From the IMG/VR virus record IMGVR_UViG_3300049472_000073, positions 1 through 64,000 of that record: a stretch of 64,000 nucleotides of DNA; one strand, given 5' to 3'. This DNA is from a virus (taxonomy: Duplodnaviria > Caudoviricetes). The translations under genes and the position numbers were made by a program. The notes below the pieces were generated by a model. The model did no database searches. It was not told the DNA's origin and was given only the letters and a program-made list of their open reading frames with translations. Below are positions 1-10,193 of the stretch, piece by piece. Within the stretch, counting starts at the first letter, position 1. Each line of letters opens with the position of its first letter.

Positions 1-25
1 TACTAGTACTGTATAATGTATTAAG

Positions 26-35
26 TAACAAATAT
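26..35 (+). promoter_or_regulatory. TAACAAATAT candidate late-promoter motif (upstream of terminase operon)
   Basis: Exact 10-mer recurring 9 times on + strand at starts of structural gene blocks. Confidence 0.6.
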
Positions 36-185
36 TACTAGAGTATCTCTATCCCCATATAACCCCATGCTTGGGAATTGGTGATATACCTAAAAAAGAG
101 ATGGACGAGATAAGTACTCTATGTTAATATCTACTTTATAGGAACGAGCTATGTCTCTATTCCTTAAAAGCGATAAGGAGCTAAA

Positions 186-476
186 ATGAGTAAGTTAGAG
201 ATACCTGAAGACGTAAAGAACCTCAACCTGATGGTTCAAAAACTATCTGCATTCAGACGGATAGTATCTGAGGCTATGTTCTCAGGAAAAGAATCTAAAA
301 TTGTTAGTGACCTAAAAGAACATCTCATGGAAGAGTATACTCAAGTATTTGAGAAATTTAATACTCACCCTTACGTAGTCGCTCAATTGGCTGCTCAAGA
401 AAAACAAGAAAAAGAAGATCAAGCTTTAGCTGCTGAAATTGAAAAAGACTTGGTTTCTAAAATGGAGATCAAGTAA
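186..476 (+). CDS. hypothetical protein
   Basis: 96 aa ORF with AAGGAG SD; first gene of packaging operon. Confidence 0.75.
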   Translation: MSKLEIPEDVKNLNLMVQKLSAFRRIVSEAMFSGKESKIVSDLKEHLMEEYTQVFEKFNTHPYVVAQLAAQEKQEKEDQALAAEIEKDLVSKMEIK

Positions 477-727
477 TGAAACTTCCTAGCTTTACTTTAC
501 ATGATGTTGCTTTTGCAGCCCTTACTATTAAAATGATTATCACTGGAGGATCTATTCCAGAAGCCGTAGTAGCTGTTGCTATTGTTGGTGCTAAGGCTTA
601 TCAAATGTTCTTAGACAAGAAAGTATCTTTACAGAAGACCGAAGATATTGAAAAACGATTGTCTAGCTTTGAGAATAAACTATTGGCTACTGGTCTTGTT
701 AGAAGGCCAACCAATCCTAATGTCTAA
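476..727 (+). CDS. small membrane protein
   Basis: 83 aa with two N-terminal hydrophobic segments; TAATG coupling to upstream gene. Confidence 0.65.
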   Translation: MKLPSFTLHDVAFAALTIKMIITGGSIPEAVVAVAIVGAKAYQMFLDKKVSLQKTEDIEKRLSSFENKLLATGLVRRPTNPNV

Positions 728-1034
728 AAAAGAAGCTAAGATTGAGAAGCTTGCTACTACCGAACAGCAAATAGCTGAGATCGGATTACAGAACTTACTC
801 AACATTTCTCTCACAAGAGCATTAACTTTAGAAGAAGTTAAGATGCTTGATATCTACTCTAAAGTAGCCAGAGTAGCTAGAGGGGATGCAACAGAGATCC
901 TATCAGCTCAATATAAGCTACTAGAGCAACAAAAGAAAGATTCTATACCAGAAGCTGTATTAGTTGATATGGCTTCATTACTTGAAGATAAGAAGCACGA
1001 AATACAGTTGAACTCCAAAGAAGAAGACAACTAA
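720..1034 (+). CDS. hypothetical protein, terminase small subunit candidate by position
   Basis: Likely start MSKKEAK at 720; helical protein directly upstream of TerL; no diagnostic motif. Confidence 0.4.
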   Translation: MSKKEAKIEKLATTEQQIAEIGLQNLLNISLTRALTLEEVKMLDIYSKVARVARGDATEILSAQYKLLEQQKKDSIPEAVLVDMASLLEDKKHEIQLNSKEEDN

Positions 1035-1035
1035 T

Positions 1036-2538
1036 ATGTCTGAGGATTTTACCCTTCCTCCATCACTAGCTGGTATCGCTGCTGAAGATGCAGTAGATAT
1101 CCTTTGGAGAAAAGGTATCCTCACATGGAAACTCAATTCCTGTCAAAAGAACATCTACGATTTCTTTCAAAAAGGAAAGACTAAGATTCAAGTATGGAAC
1201 TGTAGTCGCCGTTTAGGTAAATCGTACCTGTTACTTATAGTAGCTCTAGAATACTGTATACGTAAAAAGAACGTACAGGTTAAATACTGTGCTAGTACAA
1301 GTAAGATGGTATCTAAAATTATTAAGCCCACCCTAAAAGTTATTTTAGAGGACTGCCCTAAAGATATCAGACCTACTTATGATAGAGAACTGGGAGCCTA
1401 TAAGTTTACTAACGGTTCCTTATTATTTATTGAAGGTCTTGATAAAGGTAATGCTGAGAACCTTCGTGGTACTCCTATGCACTTAGGTATTGTGGATGAA
1501 GCTGGTTTCGTAGATGACGACCTCGACTATATTGTAGGGTCTATTTTGAGTCCTATGACTTTGACTACCAAGGGCCGTATTATCCTATCTTCCACACCTC
1601 CTCCAAACTCGGACCATGCCTATGTTAGATACCTACGTAGAGCCGAAGCTAATGATTCTTATATTAAGAAAAGTATCTACGATTACTTAAAAGACGTAGA
1701 AAATGACCCTCCTAGATTTAAAGAGCGTATTACCCCTGAGATTGTAGAAGCTGAACGGCTATCTACTTTGGCTGATGCTTGGGATAGAGAATATCTTTGT
1801 AAGATTGTTACCTCTACTGAGAACGCGGTACTCCCTGAGTTTACGGATGAACTACAACAAGAAATAGTAAGAGAATGGCGTAGACCACAAATGTTTGATG
1901 TTTATCACGCAATGGACTTAGGTATCAAAGACTTAACAGCCGTTGTACTTGCTTACTATGACTTCAAAGAAGGTAAGTTAGTTATTGAAGATGAAGTATC
2001 TTTTAATGGACGAAACGTAACCTCTACATCTATTGGGGCAGGTATCAAAGCTAAACACGATGCCTTGTTCTTTAATACAATCTCAGGTCAGGTAAAAGAT
2101 GTATACCGTCAGATTTGCGATAACAACGAACCTATTGCCATTAATGAATTGAATATACGATTTAACTTTAAGTTTGTTCCTACTCGTAAAGATGATAAAG
2201 ACGCGGCTATTAACGATCTTCGTATTAAACTACAAGAACGTAAGATCATAATTAATCCTAGATGCAAACAGTTGATATATCATCTTAAAAATGCTCTTTG
2301 GGACAAAAACCGTAAACAGTACGTAAGAAGTTCTAACGCAGGTCACTTTGACTTTGTGGACGCTATGATCTACTTAGTACGTAATATTGAATGGAACCGT
2401 AACCCTTACCCAGCTAACTACAACCGTGGACCATCCACATTTGATTCACAGAAAAGAATACAAGAATATACTGGTACTGCGGCAGGAGTCGCTAAAATGC
2501 TAGGTATAGGTAAAAAACTAACGAAATTAAACAAATAG
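1036..2538 (+). CDS. terL: terminase large subunit
   Basis: Walker A SRRLGKS, Walker B LGIVDEAG, motif III LSSTP, RNase H-like MDLG and C-terminal HFDFVDA; precedes portal. Confidence 0.93.
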   Translation: MSEDFTLPPSLAGIAAEDAVDILWRKGILTWKLNSCQKNIYDFFQKGKTKIQVWNCSRRLGKSYLLLIVALEYCIRKKNVQVKYCASTSKMVSKIIKPTLKVILEDCPKDIRPTYDRELGAYKFTNGSLLFIEGLDKGNAENLRGTPMHLGIVDEAGFVDDDLDYIVGSILSPMTLTTKGRIILSSTPPPNSDHAYVRYLRRAEANDSYIKKSIYDYLKDVENDPPRFKERITPEIVEAERLSTLADAWDREYLCKIVTSTENAVLPEFTDELQQEIVREWRRPQMFDVYHAMDLGIKDLTAVVLAYYDFKEGKLVIEDEVSFNGRNVTSTSIGAGIKAKHDALFFNTISGQVKDVYRQICDNNEPIAINELNIRFNFKFVPTRKDDKDAAINDLRIKLQERKIIINPRCKQLIYHLKNALWDKNRKQYVRSSNAGHFDFVDAMIYLVRNIEWNRNPYPANYNRGPSTFDSQKRIQEYTGTAAGVAKMLGIGKKLTKLNK

Positions 2539-2553
2539 GTAAAGGAAGTAACT

Positions 2554-4602
2554 ATGGATAATAAGTATTTTGCAGCAAAAGAAGCCAAAGAAACCGCAGG
2601 AGTGCTACTTAAGAAAGTAGACTCATGGAGTACTTCCTTAATTGGAAATGGATATCTAGCCAAAGCTAAGAAGTCCTGGGCAGCCTATTATGGTATTTTT
2701 TACTCTGATTTCTCAGATTCACATCAAGTATCTTTTGGTGGTGAACAAGGGGAACTAAGCCTTTTACCAGTAAACCAATACCGTAACATTGCTACTCACT
2801 TAATTAACATGATTACGGCTAATAGACCTAGCATGGAAGCTATGGCCATCAATACTGATTATAAGTCGTTATCTCAAGCTGTACTAGCAAATGGTCTTCT
2901 TGAGTATTATATGAAACAAAAGAAACTAGAAGAATTCTTTAAAAAGGCTGTAGAGTCTGGAGTAATTCTAGGAGAAGGATATGTCAAGCTTAGCTGGAAC
3001 TCTACCAGAGGTCAGCCATTCATTCAAGATCCTGATACTGGAGAAGTAATTTATGAAGGAGATCTAGAGTTTGATAACCTATCTCCTTTTGATGTAATCA
3101 GAGATACAAACAAGTCAGACAGCGACCATGACTGGTTATGTGTACGTACTAATATGAATAAATATGATCTGATGGCTAAATACCCAGATCTAGCTGAAAA
3201 GATTCAAAATACTAATCCTCCTGAGTACTATCAAGCTCTTCGCTTTAACGTAGCAGCTTCTGATGAAGATAGTGATTTGATCCCTGTGTATGAATTCTTC
3301 CATAAGCCTACTGAATCATTACCTGAAGGCCGCTATATGCTATTCACTAGTTCTGATACAGTAATGATCGACATGGCAATGCCTTATAGAGTTATCCCTG
3401 TATTTAAAATGTCTCAAGGAGATATCTTAGGTACTTCATTTGGATATACTCCTATGTTTGATATCCTTCCTATCCAAGATGCTTTAAACTCTCTTTATTC
3501 TACCGTATTGACTAACCAGACCACTTTCGGTGTTCAGAACGTCTTAGTACCTAGAGGTGGAGATATTACAGTAGCGGAGCTATTAGGAGGTTTAAACCTA
3601 GTAGAATATACTCCTGGTATTGGTAAGCCAGAAGCCCTTAACTTAACGAGTACTCCTCCAGAAATTTTTAACTTTATGAAACAGTTAGAAGGTCTAGTAG
3701 AGACCCTATCGGGAGTAAATTCCGTAGTAAGAGGTAATCCTGAAGCTAACTTACGTTCTGGTAATGCTCTTGCACTTATTCAAGCTCAAGCTGTTATGTT
3801 TGCATCAGGTCTTCAACAATCCTATGTACTTATGATGGAAGAAGTTGGAACTGCTATTATTAAAATCTTACAAGATTTCGCTAAAGCTCCTCGTATTGCT
3901 GCAATCGCTGGTAAAGCAAATAAAATGGAACTTCGTGAGTTTACAAGTGATGACCTTGTAGCTATTGATCGTGTACGCGTAGGTGTAAGTAATCCTATGA
4001 GTAAGACAGTAGCTGGCCGATTAGAAATTGCAAACAATCTTTTGCAAATGGGATTAATTACTAATCCTAAGCATTATTTCACAGTTCTTCATACAGGAAA
4101 CTTAGATACTATGATTGAAGGAGAAGAACAAGAACTTCTTCTTATTCGTAAAGAAAACGAATGGTTAATGGATGGTAAAGTTCCTGTAGTTACTCCTATT
4201 GATTCACATAATATCCATATCAACGAACATAAAGCTGTATTAGCTGATCCTGAGTCAAGACAAAATCCTGAGTTAGTGCAAGCAGCTCTTGATCATATTC
4301 AACAGCACATTGACGCTTTACGTAATACTGATCCTGCTTTGTTACAAATGGTTAATCAACAACCTCTTCCTCCTTTAGATCAAATGGGTGCTCAGCCACC
4401 AGAAGGTGAAATGCCTCCTGGTCCTGAAGGTATGACACAAGAACAAGCTGGAGCAGCAGAGAACAACTTAGGTACAATGCAACAGCCTTTACCAGTTGGA
4501 GTTGAACAAGCTCAAGCTATTAGTCAGCCTATGGTTCCAGAAGCTCCACAGTTCGGACCAAATGGTGAACCTCTAGATCCTAGATTATTAGGACAAGCGT
4601 AA
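2554..4602 (+). CDS. portal protein (P22/T7-like)
   Basis: 682 aa after TerL; podoviral portal layout with Q/P-rich disordered C-terminus. Confidence 0.85.
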   Translation: MDNKYFAAKEAKETAGVLLKKVDSWSTSLIGNGYLAKAKKSWAAYYGIFYSDFSDSHQVSFGGEQGELSLLPVNQYRNIATHLINMITANRPSMEAMAINTDYKSLSQAVLANGLLEYYMKQKKLEEFFKKAVESGVILGEGYVKLSWNSTRGQPFIQDPDTGEVIYEGDLEFDNLSPFDVIRDTNKSDSDHDWLCVRTNMNKYDLMAKYPDLAEKIQNTNPPEYYQALRFNVAASDEDSDLIPVYEFFHKPTESLPEGRYMLFTSSDTVMIDMAMPYRVIPVFKMSQGDILGTSFGYTPMFDILPIQDALNSLYSTVLTNQTTFGVQNVLVPRGGDITVAELLGGLNLVEYTPGIGKPEALNLTSTPPEIFNFMKQLEGLVETLSGVNSVVRGNPEANLRSGNALALIQAQAVMFASGLQQSYVLMMEEVGTAIIKILQDFAKAPRIAAIAGKANKMELREFTSDDLVAIDRVRVGVSNPMSKTVAGRLEIANNLLQMGLITNPKHYFTVLHTGNLDTMIEGEEQELLLIRKENEWLMDGKVPVVTPIDSHNIHINEHKAVLADPESRQNPELVQAALDHIQQHIDALRNTDPALLQMVNQQPLPPLDQMGAQPPEGEMPPGPEGMTQEQAGAAENNLGTMQQPLPVGVEQAQAISQPMVPEAPQFGPNGEPLDPRLLGQA

Positions 4603-4609
4603 AAAGTTG

Positions 4610-4638
4610 TTTACATTGTAGGAATTTAGAGATATAAT
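4610..4638 (+). promoter_or_regulatory. sigma70-type promoter
   Basis: TTTACA-17 nt-TATAAT. Confidence 0.65.
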
Positions 4639-4645
4639 GAGGGAT

Positions 4646-4792
4646 ATGGCTAAGGCTTATATTCGACCTAATGGCAGCACCCCCATTAAGAAAAAGAGTA
4701 TTAAGCGTAGAGTAACTTTGAGAAAAGTTATTTTTGTAATGAGCCTTTTAATGAACATAGGGTTATTAGTACACTTTTATAAGGTAATTTAA
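4646..4792 (+). CDS. small membrane protein (48 aa, not in ORF track)
   Basis: MAKAYIRPNG...; basic N-terminus then one hydrophobic helix; GAGGG SD; own sigma70 promoter. Confidence 0.6.
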   Translation: MAKAYIRPNGSTPIKKKSIKRRVTLRKVIFVMSLLMNIGLLVHFYKVI

Positions 4793-4795
4793 TAA

Positions 4796-5314
4796 ATGGC
4801 TCCTCCTATCCAGTCAGATTTAGACACATCGCAGGTACTCAATAGAGTATTTGACGAACCTAATGGACGCTTAAGGGTAGATGCTAACGCCACTTTAACT
4901 ACCTCTGGACAGCTAGAAGTAGTAATTGATCACACTGAAGACTCAATTAGACTAGGAGATGGCACTAGTTTCATTACTTCCACCACTTCAGGTGGTAAGG
5001 TAGCACTAGATGTTAACGTAATAGGATCATCTAACCTACAAACTACTCCATTTATAGCAAATTTATCAATGCCACTTGCAAATACTGAGTATTCTTATGC
5101 AATTCCAGCTAATACGACTATTCTTAAGTTCCGTTCTAGAGAGTCTGGACGAGTAAGATTTGCTTATATCTCAGGTGGAACCTCCTCTACTTTCTTTACT
5201 TTGTCTATGGGAGCCACCTACGAAGTACAAAACATCAATTCAGTAGGAAATACCCTTTATTTTCAGAGTAATAAGACTGGTGAAGTTATAGAAATAGAAG
5301 GTTGGAGCACTTAA
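4796..5314 (+). CDS. putative virion accessory/decoration protein
   Basis: Beta-rich, S/T/G-rich; shares N-terminal DLDxxQ motif with 21566 and 24591. Confidence 0.55.
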   Translation: MAPPIQSDLDTSQVLNRVFDEPNGRLRVDANATLTTSGQLEVVIDHTEDSIRLGDGTSFITSTTSGGKVALDVNVIGSSNLQTTPFIANLSMPLANTEYSYAIPANTTILKFRSRESGRVRFAYISGGTSSTFFTLSMGATYEVQNINSVGNTLYFQSNKTGEVIEIEGWST

Positions 5315-5322
5315 TCACCCTT

Positions 5323-5332
5323 TAACAAATAT
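5323..5332 (+). promoter_or_regulatory. TAACAAATAT candidate late-promoter motif
   Basis: Exact copy, intergenic, upstream of 5387. Confidence 0.6.
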
Positions 5333-5386
5333 ATCTGAAGCTAGACCTAGTGAAAATTAACCAAAACAGGTCTAAAAGGAGCTAAA

Positions 5387-6301
5387 ATGAAAGATAAACT
5401 AGTATTTGACACAACTAACGCAGGAACTATTGCTGATAGTGACAGCGTAGGTGCATTTTTACGTTCCAGTGATGGAACATTACTTACCCATACTGACGTA
5501 AGTGGTAAGAAAGCTCTCGATGTAAGAGTAGCTGAAGGTATCAACGTAGAAGTTGACCTTAACTTTGCTGATGATTCAGTAACTGCACACCAAGGTGGTA
5601 CATGGACGATTGACAGCATTACAAACGCTGTTACAGTAACCGCTACTGACCTTGATATTCGTGATTTAGCATTCGCTACTGACAAAGTAGACGTTTCTGG
5701 ATCTGAAGTTTCTTTGGATGCTACCACTTTGGCAGCTCTTGAGAACATCACTGTAAGTGCCACTGACCTTGACATCAGAGATTTAGCGTTTGCTACCGAT
5801 AAAGTTGACGTAAGCGGATCTGAAGTATCCCTTGATGCTACGACTTTAGCTGCATTAGAAAACATCACTGTATCTGCTACTGATCTTGATATCCGTGACT
5901 TGACTGCTGCTACTGATTCTGTAAGTGCCTGGACAAAAGATGGTGCTGGAACAGCAATCACCTCTACTTTAGTAAGTGGTAAGCAAGGTTTAGACGTAAA
6001 TGTAATTGCTGCTAATGATGCTTCTTTGGCTAACACAGCTATCGCTGCTGCTGCTAACGCTCTTGGAACTGCTAATACTGCTGAAGATGCAGTAGCTTCT
6101 CCATTAGCTAGCCGTAAGTACCTTTGGATCTACAACAACGGTAATAAAAAGGTATTTGTTGGACAATCTGGAGTATCTGCTGCTAACGGTTTCCCAATCT
6201 CACCTGGATCTTACCTTGAAATGAGAGCTGGAGCTGCTGTTGACATTGAGTGGGTATCCGATGTTGCTGGAGTTGAAATCCGTACTTTAGAACTATCTTA
6301 A
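5387..6301 (+). CDS. putative virion fibre/decoration protein with 39-aa tandem repeats
   Basis: A/T/D/V-rich, internal repeat, C-terminal beta-sandwich-like domain, MCP-like codon usage. Confidence 0.65.
   Translation: MKDKLVFDTTNAGTIADSDSVGAFLRSSDGTLLTHTDVSGKKALDVRVAEGINVEVDLNFADDSVTAHQGGTWTIDSITNAVTVTATDLDIRDLAFATDKVDVSGSEVSLDATTLAALENITVSATDLDIRDLAFATDKVDVSGSEVSLDATTLAALENITVSATDLDIRDLTAATDSVSAWTKDGAGTAITSTLVSGKQGLDVNVIAANDASLANTAIAAAANALGTANTAEDAVASPLASRKYLWIYNNGNKKVFVGQSGVSAANGFPISPGSYLEMRAGAAVDIEWVSDVAGVEIRTLELS
5630..5917 (+). repeat. 117-bp coding tandem repeat, about 2.5 copies
   Basis: TV[TS]ATDLDIRDLAFATDKVDVSGSEVSLDATTLAALEN repeated at protein level. Confidence 0.9.
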
Positions 6302-6321
6302 TATAAACTAAATTATTAACC

Positions 6322-6358
6322 AAAGGGGAGAATCTTGTTGCAAAGGTTCTCCCTTTTT
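6322..6358 (+). terminator. intrinsic terminator
   Basis: GGGGAGAATCTT/AAGGTTCTCCCT stem followed by a T-run after the 6301 stop. Confidence 0.75.
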
Positions 6359-6366
6359 GCTATTAT
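6338..6366 (+). promoter_or_regulatory. sigma70-type promoter overlapping terminator
   Basis: TTGCAA-17 nt-TATTAT with extended -10 TG. Confidence 0.5.
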
Positions 6367-6375
6367 GGACTATAT

Positions 6376-6612
6376 ATGTCCAAGCTACACTTTACTGATG
6401 ACGATAAACAAAAGGTAGTAGAGTTTCTCAACCTAGTGGCTACCAATGCTACGTTTGAAATGAAAACTGACGACATCATTAAGTACTTTAGAGCGTTATC
6501 CCACATGCAACAGGTTATTCTCCCTAAGATAAACGCTAATATCTTTGAAATTAAACAAGTACACGAAACTCCACCTGAAGAAAAGCCATTAAAGGCTAAG
6601 AAAGGTAGTTAA
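6376..6612 (+). CDS. hypothetical protein
   Basis: 78 aa ORF downstream of promoter. Confidence 0.65.
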   Translation: MSKLHFTDDDKQKVVEFLNLVATNATFEMKTDDIIKYFRALSHMQQVILPKINANIFEIKQVHETPPEEKPLKAKKGS

Positions 6613-6614
6613 TC

Positions 6615-6890
6615 TTGTTATTTCCATTAGACGGACCATCAGTACAGTCCAAAATATCACTAACTACAACCGAAATTGAAGCTAAGGTCGGAGCATCTAC
6701 GTATGATGATCGTAAAGTTATTACTATTCAGCCTGTAAACGGCACTATCAGAATGACATTCCAACAAGGAACCGATGGTTTCTATTTATTCCAAGGTGGG
6801 ATGTATAGCTATGAAGCATCTGCCAGTCAAAAAGTATATATAAAAACCGATACTGGTACTGTAGACGTAATTATTTCGGAGAGATCATAA
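6615..6890 (+). CDS. putative virion accessory protein
   Basis: TTG start, beta-rich; resembles C-terminal domain of 5387. Confidence 0.55.
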   Translation: MLFPLDGPSVQSKISLTTTEIEAKVGASTYDDRKVITIQPVNGTIRMTFQQGTDGFYLFQGGMYSYEASASQKVYIKTDTGTVDVIISERS

Positions 6891-7291
6891 TGTCAGGAAG
6901 AGACAATTTCTATGTTCCAGAAAGTAGTGGAACTGGAGCTAGTCCTGGGTTTTCTTTTGGACGTAGCGGTAACGTCTCTTCTGGTGCATATCTATTAAAT
7001 GAAAGTGTTCCTTCTAACGTAACTGGTCGTCCTATTGATCTGTCTAATGGACGTATTACACAGGTTAGTATCTCTAACGAAAGTTCTGCCACATTTACTA
7101 TTGAGCTAGAAGAACATAATGGAGTCACTTTTACCTCCCTAGGAACTTTTTCTTTATCTGCTGAAAGATCAAAAGATTTTTCCTCTTTAAATATATCGTT
7201 GTCTGCTGGAAAAGAAATGTCTGCTAAGGTGTCTTCTGGATCAGGAAAAAATATCATTGTTACAGTTTACGTAAAGGGAGACGCGGTATAA
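6890..7291 (+). CDS. putative virion accessory protein
   Basis: Beta-sandwich-like; paralogous to C-terminal third of 7293. Confidence 0.6.
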   Translation: MSGRDNFYVPESSGTGASPGFSFGRSGNVSSGAYLLNESVPSNVTGRPIDLSNGRITQVSISNESSATFTIELEEHNGVTFTSLGTFSLSAERSKDFSSLNISLSAGKEMSAKVSSGSGKNIIVTVYVKGDAV

Positions 7292-7292
7292 T

Positions 7293-8204
7293 ATGGCTAA
7301 GACAGTTAGGAATACTACTGCATCTCCAGTGATAATTACTGATCTAGGACTTACTATATCAGCGTCCTCTACGTACACAGTACCTCCACAAGAGTATTCA
7401 CTGTGGGCAGCATCCGTAAACTTAGAGACTCTTATACAAAATAATACCTTAGTAGTAAACGATGGATATGGAGATTTAGATCCTACAACTGGACTAAAAC
7501 ATATAAGACAAGAAGGGGTCCCAAGAGATACTTCCTTATTAACTACTGTAGAGTTACTTACGGTAGCCAATTCTACTGTAAGTTTGACCGCTTCTTCTAC
7601 CTTAGTATACATACTTTCTGGAACAGTGTCAGGACAAATTATAAAATTACCAAGTGCTCAAACTATTACTAGGGGCCACAGATTTCAATTCTGGAATAAA
7701 TCTAATACTGTAGTAAGTATACGAGACTTTGGAAATAATATTCTAGTGACTTTAAATCCTAATAGAAGAGTCGAGCTTATACTAGAAAGTTCAGCTACTA
7801 CAAACGGTGTCTGGACCTCAGACTCAAGCATTTTTACTGGAGTAGCCGATACTCAATCTAGATTCTGTACATCTTGCGGATTTGATGGTAATGCTTCCAC
7901 TGGGCGATACCTAGAATTTAGTTCTAACGTAGATTCTAACCAATCAGGATTTTTAATTCCAAGAAATCTACTATTAAAAGAATTATCCTTAACAGTACAG
8001 GCAAACAGCACAATAACATTTGGTGTGTATAAGTTTGTAAGTGGCGTAGAAACATTACTAACTAGTATTTCCACTACTGCTTCTAGAGCACGTTATATAA
8101 CTGACTTAAATATAGCTCTAAATGCTGGAGAAGAAGTACGCGTAAAATGTACTTCTGGATCTGCATCCAGACCTGTATTTTTTATGTTCATGGTATACAC
8201 ATAA
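7293..8204 (+). CDS. putative virion accessory protein (three modules)
   Basis: N-terminus similar to 8217, C-terminus similar to 6890. Confidence 0.6.
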   Translation: MAKTVRNTTASPVIITDLGLTISASSTYTVPPQEYSLWAASVNLETLIQNNTLVVNDGYGDLDPTTGLKHIRQEGVPRDTSLLTTVELLTVANSTVSLTASSTLVYILSGTVSGQIIKLPSAQTITRGHRFQFWNKSNTVVSIRDFGNNILVTLNPNRRVELILESSATTNGVWTSDSSIFTGVADTQSRFCTSCGFDGNASTGRYLEFSSNVDSNQSGFLIPRNLLLKELSLTVQANSTITFGVYKFVSGVETLLTSISTTASRARYITDLNIALNAGEEVRVKCTSGSASRPVFFMFMVYT

Positions 8205-8216
8205 GGAAATAATAAT

Positions 8217-8999
8217 ATGGCTAAATATATAAAAAATAATGATTCTGTTAGTAGAACATGGTGCGGAATGGAAGTAGTAGCTGGAGCATACTACCTTATA
8301 CAAAGCTCTGAGCAATTTAGATGGGCTAACGACTCTTCCGTATTTGATTCTATAGCCGATGATACTCTTATCGTATCTAAAACTAATGATTCTAGTGGTC
8401 ATATTACCGATCATTCTGATGCCTTAAACTACTTAAAGGATGAATCAGTTGAAATTGATGATCAAGGTAGACAGATTATACGTACAGCAGCAGCATCTAA
8501 AGGATGGACCTATCTAGCTGATTCAATGGAAATAGAGACCTCTAACTTAACAGGTCTTTATGCAAAAGACTATTTGGGTAATAACAACTCAGCCATTACT
8601 GTAAAATTCTACGATGCTAGTGGAACAGAACTAACTACTCAAGGAACTATAGATACCGACTGTGTGAAGACTGAGATGCTATTTAAGCCTTCTTATGACT
8701 ATGAAGTAGTAGGTGGAAATATTCATCACGGTAATACTCCCTCTTCTGATGTACGAATGTGGGTAGTAGGTGGACTTATTGAGCTAGGTGGAGCTTATGT
8801 TAAAGAAATGGTACGTGGCATGAATCTTAAGAATTTAGGAACTGATGACCATATTGAAACTGATGGTCGAGCTGCTAAATATATGAAAAAAGATATCTCT
8901 GGAGTACCTTACCAAGGTAATCAACTTAAATTTATCTTCAAACATGACGCAGGATTTAAACATAAGGTCATGATAGTACTGGAGTATTTCAGAGCTTAG
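8217..8999 (+). CDS. putative virion accessory protein
   Basis: 260 aa with AAGGA SD in structural block. Confidence 0.55.
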   Translation: MAKYIKNNDSVSRTWCGMEVVAGAYYLIQSSEQFRWANDSSVFDSIADDTLIVSKTNDSSGHITDHSDALNYLKDESVEIDDQGRQIIRTAAASKGWTYLADSMEIETSNLTGLYAKDYLGNNNSAITVKFYDASGTELTTQGTIDTDCVKTEMLFKPSYDYEVVGGNIHHGNTPSSDVRMWVVGGLIELGGAYVKEMVRGMNLKNLGTDDHIETDGRAAKYMKKDISGVPYQGNQLKFIFKHDAGFKHKVMIVLEYFRA

Positions 9000-9000
9000 G

Positions 9001-9010
9001 TAACAAATAT
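9001..9010 (+). promoter_or_regulatory. TAACAAATAT candidate late-promoter motif
   Basis: Exact copy upstream of scaffold gene. Confidence 0.65.
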
Positions 9011-9075
9011 AGAAAAGGAATCCTATTTGTAAGGACGGACTAGATCCTATCTTTAACAAACGGATATAGAATAAA

Positions 9076-10140
9076 ATGACACAAGAAAACAACTCACAAC
9101 CAGGTAATTCACTCGAACAAGCAGCAGCCGACGCTATTAGCGAAGGTTCTCAAGAAGTCAGTGCTGAAGAAGGCTCAGAAGAGTCCTCTGAAGGACAGGT
9201 AATTGAAGCTGGATCTGAAGAAGGTTCTGAAGAATCATCTGAAGGCTCACTATCTAAAGACTTTGAAGATGGTATCAACGAAGCTAGTGGTAAAAAAGAA
9301 GCTAAAGACTCTAAAGAAGACAAAAAAGAAGTCAAAAAAGCTGATAAAGCTGCTGATAAAGTCGGAGCTAAAAAAGTAGCTGCTGACAAGTATACTATTA
9401 AAGTAGACGGAGAGACTCTAGAGCTTTCTAAAGAAGAAATGATCCGATATGCTCAAATGGGTAAGTCTGGTCAAAAGAAAATGCAAGAAGCTGCTGAGCT
9501 ACAAAAGCGTGTAAACACGTTTATTGAGCTTTTAAAGTCTGATCCTGCGGCTATTTTGTCTGACCCATCAATCGGTATTGACCCAGTTAAATTCGCTCAG
9601 GAAGTCTTAGCTAAGCAATTAGAAGAAGAGTCTAAATCACCTGAACAACGTGAACAAGAGCAGTTAAAAGCTGAATTAGAAGCATTACGTAAAGAAAAGC
9701 AAACTGCTGAAGAGCGTCGTAAACAAGAAGCTCAAGAACAAAAGATGAAACAGTATGAAAATGAGATCTCTGATAAGATCATCAAGATCATGGAAGTCGG
9801 TAAATTACCTAATACTCCACGATACTTACGTACTGTAGCAGATATCATGCTTACTGCTGTTGAGAATAACTTGAACATTACCCCTGAAGCTGCGGCTAGA
9901 ATTGCTAGAGACGAAGTTATCAGTGATAACAAGAAGTTATACGAAAATATGTCAGATGAAGAGCTAGAAGACTTTTTAGGACAAGAAGTTATCAAGCGTG
10001 TACGTAAGAACTCCATTAAAAAGGTAGTTCCAGCTAAAGTAGCTCCTCAAGTTAAGACTGCTTCTACTGGAGAAACTACTCCTAAAGTAGAGCAAGCTCC
10101 ACAAAAGAAGTCCCTAAAAGACTTCCAAAAGTTTTGGTAA
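9076..10140 (+). CDS. capsid scaffolding protein
   Basis: Acidic disordered N-terminus, YTIKVDGE motif, coiled coil; immediately before MCP. Confidence 0.75.
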   Translation: MTQENNSQPGNSLEQAAADAISEGSQEVSAEEGSEESSEGQVIEAGSEEGSEESSEGSLSKDFEDGINEASGKKEAKDSKEDKKEVKKADKAADKVGAKKVAADKYTIKVDGETLELSKEEMIRYAQMGKSGQKKMQEAAELQKRVNTFIELLKSDPAAILSDPSIGIDPVKFAQEVLAKQLEEESKSPEQREQEQLKAELEALRKEKQTAEERRKQEAQEQKMKQYENEISDKIIKIMEVGKLPNTPRYLRTVADIMLTAVENNLNITPEAAARIARDEVISDNKKLYENMSDEELEDFLGQEVIKRVRKNSIKKVVPAKVAPQVKTASTGETTPKVEQAPQKKSLKDFQKFW

Positions 10141-10147
10141 GAACCCT

Positions 10148-10184
10148 GGGTCTATAATCTCAACAGGTTATAGGCCCTAGTTTT
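10148..10184 (+). terminator. intrinsic terminator
   Basis: 13-bp stem GGGTCTATAATCT/AGGTTATAGGCCC with 2 G-U pairs, CAAC loop, then TAGTTTT. Confidence 0.7.
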
Positions 10185-10193
10185 AACAAATAT
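10184..10193 (+). promoter_or_regulatory. TAACAAATAT candidate late-promoter motif
   Basis: Exact copy upstream of MCP. Confidence 0.65.
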
